DNA of 64,000 nucleotides from an uncultured Parcubacteria group bacterium (GTDB lineage: Bacteria > Patescibacteriota > Patescibacteriia > UBA9934 > CAMTUG01). The DNA is taken from the NCBI GenBank assembly GCA_947084965.1, contig CAMTUG010000004.1, positions 23,490 to 87,489 of the forward strand, written 5' to 3'. The position numbers and the translations under genes were made by a program. Shown here piece by piece: positions 58,237 through 64,000 of this stretch. A model generated the notes under the pieces. The model saw only the letters and a program-made list of their open reading frames with translations. It did not search any database and had not been told where the DNA came from. How positions within the stretch are numbered: position 1 is the first letter of the stretch; every line of letters starts with the position of its first letter.

Positions 58237-58911
58237 TTATTTCAAAAACTTATCTTTCACGATATTACTGGCGAGCGAAAACGCCGCCGATGACGACTGA
58301 CCTTTTTTTAACGTATCGTCAGTGTAGCGAATCGTCACGGGAATTTCTCGATAGCGAAGATGTTTTTTTCTGATCAATTCTAAAATCTCGGAAGCATGAG
58401 CCATGCGATCCTGCTGAAGCCGAATCGCTTGTACCGCCTTTTTGGAAAGCGCACGGAATCCGTTGTGAGTGTCGGTCAACCACAGACCAGAGGTGATGAA
58501 GGTGAAGACGATCGCTGCTTTAAGCATCATCTTACGAGCGAACGGAATATTTTTCGCCGTACCAAGAAATCGCGAACCGAGCGTTACCTCCACTTCTCCG
58601 TGGACAATCGGCTCAACCATCATCGGAATTTCGCTCCCCTGCATCTGCCCGTCCGCATCGAAGTGAACGACGATGTCAGCACCAAGATTCTGCACAGCGA
58701 AATCCATCCCCGTTTGTAGCGCCGCCCCCTGGCCGCGGTTGATGACGTGACGCAAGACGTAGGCCCCAGCCGCGTGAGCACGGGTCGAAGTGGCATCGCG
58801 TGAGCAGTCATCGACGACAACAATCGCATCAACAAAAGACGCCGCATCGTGGATCGTGGCCTCGATGCGGGATTCTTCGTTATACGCAGGGACAACGGCG
58901 ACAATCTTCAC
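58237..58911 (-). CDS. Glycosyltransferase family 2 (DPM1-like)
   Basis: PAYNEE, VDDCS, NRGQGAA, FDADGQ, GSRF, TDTHNGFR. Confidence 0.92.
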   Translation of the reverse strand: MKIVAVVPAYNEESRIEATIHDAASFVDAIVVVDDCSRDATSTRAHAAGAYVLRHVINRGQGAALQTGMDFAVQNLGADIVVHFDADGQMQGSEIPMMVEPIVHGEVEVTLGSRFLGTAKNIPFARKMMLKAAIVFTFITSGLWLTDTHNGFRALSKKAVQAIRLQQDRMAHASEILELIRKKHLRYREIPVTIRYTDDTLKKGQSSSAAFSLASNIVKDKFLK

Positions 58912-59915
58912 AGCGACGTGAGCAAAATTTTATTGGCTTTGACGTATTCAATCGTTTTGCGCAGCCCGTCTTCGAGGCGCACCAGTGGCAGCCAGCCGAG
59001 CGCTTCTTTGGCCTGGGTAATGTCTGGCAACCCGAGCGAAGTCAGGAAAACGAGCGGGGCTTCAAATTTGACCGCTGACGTTGACCCTACCATTTCGATC
59101 ACCTTTTTTGCAACGTCTGCGATCGGCAGGTCGACATCGCTCCCCAGGTTGACGATCTTGACCTCTTTTCCTGTGCCCATCAGCCGCACCAGCCCATCAA
59201 CCACATCTGTAACGTACACTAACGACGTGGAGAACTTCTCATCGCCGTAAATCACCAAATCCTTGCCGTCGATCGCGTTCAAGACAAAATCTGGGATCAG
59301 ATGGCCATCAAACAGCGGCATACGCGGGCCGTAGGTGCGGAAGATACGGGCGATCTTCACTTCGATCCCATGGACCTGGGCGTACGTTTCAAACATCGTT
59401 TCGGAAAAACGTCGACCTTCATCGTAGCAGGCACGCGGAGAAAGATGATCAAGGATCCCTTCCGAATCTTCACGGAACATCTTAACCCCTTCCCGACGCG
59501 GGCCATAGACAACCGCGCTCGACGAAAGAAGTACTTTTGCCTTATAGCGAACGGCTACATCAAGAATGTGTTGATTGCCAACCGAATTGGAAAGCAACGT
59601 CTGCATCTTGAACTGATCGAACTTTTTGATCGTCGTCGGACAGGCCAAGTGATAAATTTCCTGAATCCCGGCGAACTTAATTTTGAACCCATCGAGTTCA
59701 GGGAACTTCTCCAGATCGATCGGCTCATTGACATCAAGGCGTAGGAACTGAAAATCTGGGTGCTGCAAAAGTTGATTGATGTTCTGCTCATGGCTGGTGG
59801 AAAAATTATCAATGCAAATCACGCGATTTCCCCCATCCAGCAAGCGCTCGCACAGATGTGAACCGATAAATCCCGCTCCGCCGGTCACCAAAATATTTTT
59901 CTTTTCGTTCGGCAT
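58908..59915 (-). CDS. NAD-dependent epimerase/dehydratase (UDP-glucuronate decarboxylase-like)
   Basis: GGAGFIGSHLC, IYHLACP, RACYDEG, ARIF.TYGPRM. Confidence 0.88.
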   Translation of the reverse strand: MPNEKKNILVTGGAGFIGSHLCERLLDGGNRVICIDNFSTSHEQNINQLLQHPDFQFLRLDVNEPIDLEKFPELDGFKIKFAGIQEIYHLACPTTIKKFDQFKMQTLLSNSVGNQHILDVAVRYKAKVLLSSSAVVYGPRREGVKMFREDSEGILDHLSPRACYDEGRRFSETMFETYAQVHGIEVKIARIFRTYGPRMPLFDGHLIPDFVLNAIDGKDLVIYGDEKFSTSLVYVTDVVDGLVRLMGTGKEVKIVNLGSDVDLPIADVAKKVIEMVGSTSAVKFEAPLVFLTSLGLPDITQAKEALGWLPLVRLEDGLRKTIEYVKANKILLTSL

Positions 59916-59941
59916 ACTGCCTGTATTGTACGCGGAAAGGA

Positions 59942-61927
59942 CTAAATCGACAACGCATCGCTCACCGCTAAAAACGTCGCGCCAACGTTGCCGTAACGAT
60001 CAAAGATACTTACGACGGATGACCCGCCACGCCCTTCTGTAGCGACGATTTCAGCGGTGCCGTCACCGTTGGTGTCCACGACACTCACCTGTACTCCCAA
60101 TCGATCTGCGGAATCAAAAGCGAAAAACTGGCCTTCCGGTTGGCCGTTTTGGTCGAAGATCCGCACTTGCGGACCACCGCCATTTCGCGGACCGGTGACG
60201 ATCTCTGCCACGCCATCACCGTCCACGTCCCCGACTGCAACATGTACTCCACCCAAAAATAATTCGGCGTAGGCAAAAAACTCGGTGCGCAGCGTTCCTG
60301 TCGATTCATACACACGCACCCGTGGTGCTTCTCCAGCCCCTGTGGCCGCAATAATCTCCGCAACCCCATCACCATCTACGTCACCCGTGGCAAGCGATAG
60401 ACCCAGAACAGACGTAGTAAACGGAACAAAACGTGCGAGCAACGCCCCTGTTCGGTCATACGTTCGAATTTCTGCTGAACTCCCCGAAGGATCGGAAACG
60501 ACGATCCTTCCATCGGCGACGGCAACTTCGACCCCGCCACGGAGTGACGCATCAAAGGCAAAGAATTGGCCGATCACCGCTCCGTTCAGATCAAAAATTC
60601 TCACCTGTGGGCCGCCACCCACCCCGGCACCGGTGACGATCTCTTGAACCCCATCGCCTGTGAGGTCACCGGTCGCTACCCGAACTCCACCCAAAAACGA
60701 TTCGGCATAAGCAAAAAACTCAGATGCTTGCACGCCGTCCGCGCCATACACACGAACGACCGGTGGCGCACCAGCAGCACTCCCGAGCACGATCGACTGC
60801 GGACCGCTCTCGGGATCAGACGACCCTGTGGTCGCGGCAGATCCGAGGAGTGCCTCGGCTACCTGCAGCGCCTTGGCGACATTTAATCGCCCTGGACCGA
60901 GCTCCCCATGATAGTACGTTCCGCGAGTGACAACCGGATCAGCCCCCAGCTTGAGCGCCAACTGCATCTGCGGCACAGAAATTGTTGGGAACGCCGCCTT
61001 GAGTAAAACCGCCGCCCCGCTCACCATCGGCGCGGCAACGGACGTTCCGGCGTAATACCCGTCGTACGGTTCCAAAAATGCCTCTTCGTCCAGATCGTAA
61101 TTCAGCGTTCCGAAAATAAACTCCCCTGGAGCACTCATGTCCGTACATCCGGAGCCATAATTGGAAAAGTCGGACTTGGTGTCTCCTTCATCAAGTGCAG
61201 CGACTCCAAAAACCCAATCTTCAATCGGGCTCATGATGCAGGCGGGGAACACTTGCCCCGCATTCAAATTCTCGTCATCGTTTCCAAGAGCCGCGACCGT
61301 AAAAATGCCGCGTCGATAAGCGGTGCGCAGAGCGTCTTCCAGATCCTGATCGAAAATAAACCCGGTGAAGCTTAAATTAATAACGTCTGCCCCGTTGTCG
61401 ATGGCATACTGAACGGCATTCGTCGCGGCAGTTGTGTCCCCACTGCCTTGCCCGTCCAAAATACGAATCGGCATGATTCGCACGCGCCAAGCGACCCCGG
61501 CAACCCCTTCATTGTTGTCGGCTTCGGCTCCGATCACCCCGGCAACGAGCGAACCGTGATTCATCGCATCCGGATCAAAACCGTTGGTGCTGTCAGGAAT
61601 CGGACTACTGTCATTGCCGACAAAATCCCAGCCGTGAAGATCATCGATGAATCCATTCGCATCATTATCCAAACCGTCACCGGCGATCTCGCCCGCATTG
61701 GTCCAGATCTGATCTTCCAAGTCAGGATGATCAATGTCTACACCGGCATCGATGACCGCCACCACCACATCACGGCTTCCGACCGTCACATCCCAAGCAT
61801 CCAGCGCGCCGATATGTGAAAAGTACCACTGCTCATGTAAGTACTCGTCATCAGGGACACGAGCAGACACCGGCATGGCCGTCGTCGCCAGCAAAAAAAG
61901 TAACAAAAACAATATCCGAGCTTTCAT
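59942..61927 (-). CDS. Secreted S8 subtilase with C-terminal FG-GAP-like repeats
   Basis: VIDAG (Asp), HGSLVAG (His), GTSVAAP (Ser); GDVDGDG...GGGPQVRIF repeats. Confidence 0.92.
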   Translation of the reverse strand: MKARILFLLLFLLATTAMPVSARVPDDEYLHEQWYFSHIGALDAWDVTVGSRDVVVAVIDAGVDIDHPDLEDQIWTNAGEIAGDGLDNDANGFIDDLHGWDFVGNDSSPIPDSTNGFDPDAMNHGSLVAGVIGAEADNNEGVAGVAWRVRIMPIRILDGQGSGDTTAATNAVQYAIDNGADVINLSFTGFIFDQDLEDALRTAYRRGIFTVAALGNDDENLNAGQVFPACIMSPIEDWVFGVAALDEGDTKSDFSNYGSGCTDMSAPGEFIFGTLNYDLDEEAFLEPYDGYYAGTSVAAPMVSGAAVLLKAAFPTISVPQMQLALKLGADPVVTRGTYYHGELGPGRLNVAKALQVAEALLGSAATTGSSDPESGPQSIVLGSAAGAPPVVRVYGADGVQASEFFAYAESFLGGVRVATGDLTGDGVQEIVTGAGVGGGPQVRIFDLNGAVIGQFFAFDASLRGGVEVAVADGRIVVSDPSGSSAEIRTYDRTGALLARFVPFTTSVLGLSLATGDVDGDGVAEIIAATGAGEAPRVRVYESTGTLRTEFFAYAELFLGGVHVAVGDVDGDGVAEIVTGPRNGGGPQVRIFDQNGQPEGQFFAFDSADRLGVQVSVVDTNGDGTAEIVATEGRGGSSVVSIFDRYGNVGATFLAVSDALSI

Positions 61928-61949
61928 ACCCGGATATTGTAGCACATAT

Positions 61950-62066
61950 GGATGTCACCGTACTCGGTCTCGCTGACACGCTTTTCGTGCTCGACCCCTT
62001 GCGGACGGTTTAAGGGCTGCGCGCGAAAAGAGAACTCGTCAGCTCGAACCTCCGCCGGTGACATCC
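61950..62066. other. Rod-like bulged palindrome (structured RNA or MITE-like element)
   Basis: GGATGTCACCG/CGGTGACATCC, GCTGAC/GTCAGC, CTTTTCGTGC/GCGCGAAAAG, CCCTT/AAGGG nested stems. Confidence 0.65.
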
Positions 62067-62070
62067 TAAC

Positions 62071-62754
62071 TTAGCTCTCAACCACCGCGCGCATCTCATC
62101 GTTTAAGGCCTCGTTGTCTGGATCGAGTAAGATCGCCTGACGGTAATATTCGAGCGCCTTCTCTTTATTCCCTTGCGCCAAATACCACTCCGCGAGATGA
62201 ACGTAAGCTGGGACAGAACCCCCGTTCTCCGCGATCTGATTTTGCAACAGCGGGCCGATCAGATCCATCCGATCTTCTGTTCGATACTCCATGTAGTAGT
62301 TGTACAGTTGGTTGTAGGTGGAGTCAGCCGGATAGGCTTCGATCGCTTTCAGAAAATACCCTTCCGCCGCGATCGGATCGCCCATATCGATCATCAACTC
62401 AGCCATATTGTTCCAGGCCGTTTCGTTCCCCGGGTCCCCTTGCGAAACAACGAGATAATCTTCGAACGCCGCGCGCAAGTGACCGAGACGAGAAAGATGA
62501 TAGGCGCGCTCAAAATACAGATGCAGGTTATAGGCGCCCGTGGCGTCCGTATCGATGATCTCTTGCGTTAGACGCGCAACGTCGGCTTCGTGCTCCGCTC
62601 TCTTTTCTGCAGTCAGTCCTTCGCGTTCTACTTCGGTCGTTAGGCCTTCGTAATGGTCAGCGATCTCGAAGGAATCATTGAGCGTCAGGGCGAGATAGAC
62701 TCCGGCACCGGCGAGCAAAATCACGACAACAGCGATCATCAATTTATTGTTCAT
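62071..62754 (-). CDS. Membrane-anchored TPR protein
   Basis: AWNNMAE...AIEAYP, ALEYYRQAILLDPDN. Confidence 0.85.
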   Translation of the reverse strand: MNNKLMIAVVVILLAGAGVYLALTLNDSFEIADHYEGLTTEVEREGLTAEKRAEHEADVARLTQEIIDTDATGAYNLHLYFERAYHLSRLGHLRAAFEDYLVVSQGDPGNETAWNNMAELMIDMGDPIAAEGYFLKAIEAYPADSTYNQLYNYYMEYRTEDRMDLIGPLLQNQIAENGGSVPAYVHLAEWYLAQGNKEKALEYYRQAILLDPDNEALNDEMRAVVES

Positions 62755-62777
62755 AGTGCCATCACGATATCAGAACC

Positions 62778-62804
62778 AAAAAGACGGCACAAGGCCGTCT
62801 TTTT
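62778..62804 (-). terminator. Intrinsic terminator
   Basis: AAAAAGACGGC-cttgt-GCCGTCTTTTT. Confidence 0.8.
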
Positions 62805-62965
62805 AGAGGTGCAGTGACGATTTTACCCGAAGGAAAAATGGTGTATCACCTGTTGTTTTCCGCCCACGGACCAGAGTGATCCGAAGACCGCGCCGGAGAT
62901 GGGAGGAATGACAGACGTCGGCAAAGCCGAAAGTCTGTTATCCAGATCGTTGTATCTAGGTTAAA
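62805..62965 (-). ncRNA. Candidate structured RNA or 3' UTR with two cUUCGg hairpins
   Basis: GGTC-TTCG-GATC, CC-TTCG-GG and TAACAGAC..GTCTGTCA stems in series. Confidence 0.45.
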
Positions 62966-62977
62966 CGGTCGGTGGAA

Positions 62978-63002
62978 GGCGGGGCACGGTGGCCCCGCCT
63001 AT
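62978..63002 (-). repeat. REP copy F (distant from rayT)
   Basis: GGCGGGGC-ACGGTG-GCCCCGCC-TAT. Confidence 0.88.
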
Positions 63003-63017
63003 CCACTACGCCAGTGG

Positions 63018-64000
63018 TTAGTACACGATTGTACCACCCGTGACTGGAAGGGTCTTGACGAAGTCTGCCTGAGCCGAAGCTCCTGCCGTGTCGTCGTTCC
63101 AGATCATGGTCGTGATCGTATCAGCGACCGCGAGTGTTTCCAATTCCGTGTCACGTGGCAAGTCGAAGCGGATCGAGTCGCCGTTGTCCCCTGAGGCAGC
63201 ACCGGTGCTGTCGAAGTAGAGGGCAAAGGTTTCGGTCGAACCTGCATCAACCTGAATTTCATCTCCGCCGTTCAAGTCGAGCTCGATGTAGACGATCGGT
63301 TCGCCTGCATCACAGTCATCGGCTGCGGCGTCGAAGAAGGTCCAGTCCGCGTCAGCTCCCTCAAGTTCAGTACCGAGGTCATCGGTATTGTAGAGTGAGA
63401 AGTCGGCGGTTGTGATCGTAGCGTCATCACATTCGTTCCACAGAGTAGCAACGGCGGCGTTGTCGGTCGAGGTGAACTTGAAGATAAGTTCTTCGATTTC
63501 GACATAGCCATGTGAATCAGCAGCCACGTTGAAGCGGAACACTTCGTCGAGGCCTGGGGCACCAGCGCCGGATGGGCTACCAGAGGCAAGCGACAACGTC
63601 GGCTTGGTCTTGCGGAGCTCCATAACGTTGGCATCAACGTCCCCACCGGTCAATTCGTCCACGATCGTTCCGGAAGAGACACCAACAGCTTCGATATCTG
63701 CAGCATCCCCTTCAAGAGCAATCTGGATCGTGTTGCCCGAGTTACCAACGGTCGATGACACAGCGGCGGCGTCAATGCTGACCGTCAAGTTGGCCGTGCC
63801 GTCAGCTGGGACGTAGAAGTCCAAGTTGCTGAAGGTCACAGTATCGCTTGTCAACGATCGAGTCTTGGTCTTGGTCGTACCGGCCGCGTTCGCGTAGCTA
63901 ATCTCTACGGAATCTGCAACGTCGTCGGCAGAAAGATCCGTCAAGGTGAGCTCACTGACCGTGAATGATTCCGTCGAAGCGCTGAAGCGGTATTTTGCAA
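63018..64000 (-). CDS. Acidic beta-rich surface/S-layer-like protein (C-terminal part)
   Basis: D/T/A/S-rich Ig-like pattern, ends VKTLPVTGGTIVY; frame open to the window edge. Confidence 0.7.
   Translation of the reverse strand, partial: AKYRFSASTESFTVSELTLTDLSADDVADSVEISYANAAGTTKTKTRSLTSDTVTFSNLDFYVPADGTANLTVSIDAAAVSSTVGNSGNTIQIALEGDAADIEAVGVSSGTIVDELTGGDVDANVMELRKTKPTLSLASGSPSGAGAPGLDEVFRFNVAADSHGYVEIEELIFKFTSTDNAAVATLWNECDDATITTADFSLYNTDDLGTELEGADADWTFFDAAADDCDAGEPIVYIELDLNGGDEIQVDAGSTETFALYFDSTGAASGDNGDSIRFDLPRDTELETLAVADTITTMIWNDDTAGASAQADFVKTLPVTGGTIVY

Noticed and set aside
61950-62066. SRP (4.5S) RNA
   Set aside because: Size fits, but the CAGG/GGAA/AGCA domain IV signature is missing on both strands

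Overview
Bacterial chromosomal segment whose gene set and style suggest Patescibacteria/CPR, possibly ABY1/Ca. Uhrbacteria (inference). Most native genes lack a Shine-Dalgarno (SD) sequence. Backbone: type IV pilus/T2SS-like operon, tandem ABC exporters, murF and a PBP, three tRNAs, rsmE, btuR, ribH, class II RNR nrdJ with tandem NrdR boxes, HU, a glycosyltransferase cluster, an S8 protease and an S-layer-like gene. Most notable observations: (1) an ~8.6-kb element (5956-14587) inserted at the 3' end of tRNA-Glu. Its serine-recombinase attP can be rebuilt from the two ends and lies inside the integrase gene, so excision would swap the enzyme's C-terminus for a tail ending NYSLA. It also carries a C4/CI-like structured antisense RNA and a protease/KAP NTPase pair. 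(2) A dispersed class of GC-rich, SD-led genes, five of them followed by a hairpin with a conserved NCACT pentaloop. (3) A RAYT transposase with six REPs, two in frame inside it and two directly after small cassette-like ORFs. (4) Several further structured intergenic elements. No database searches or computations were run; product calls come from motif recognition.
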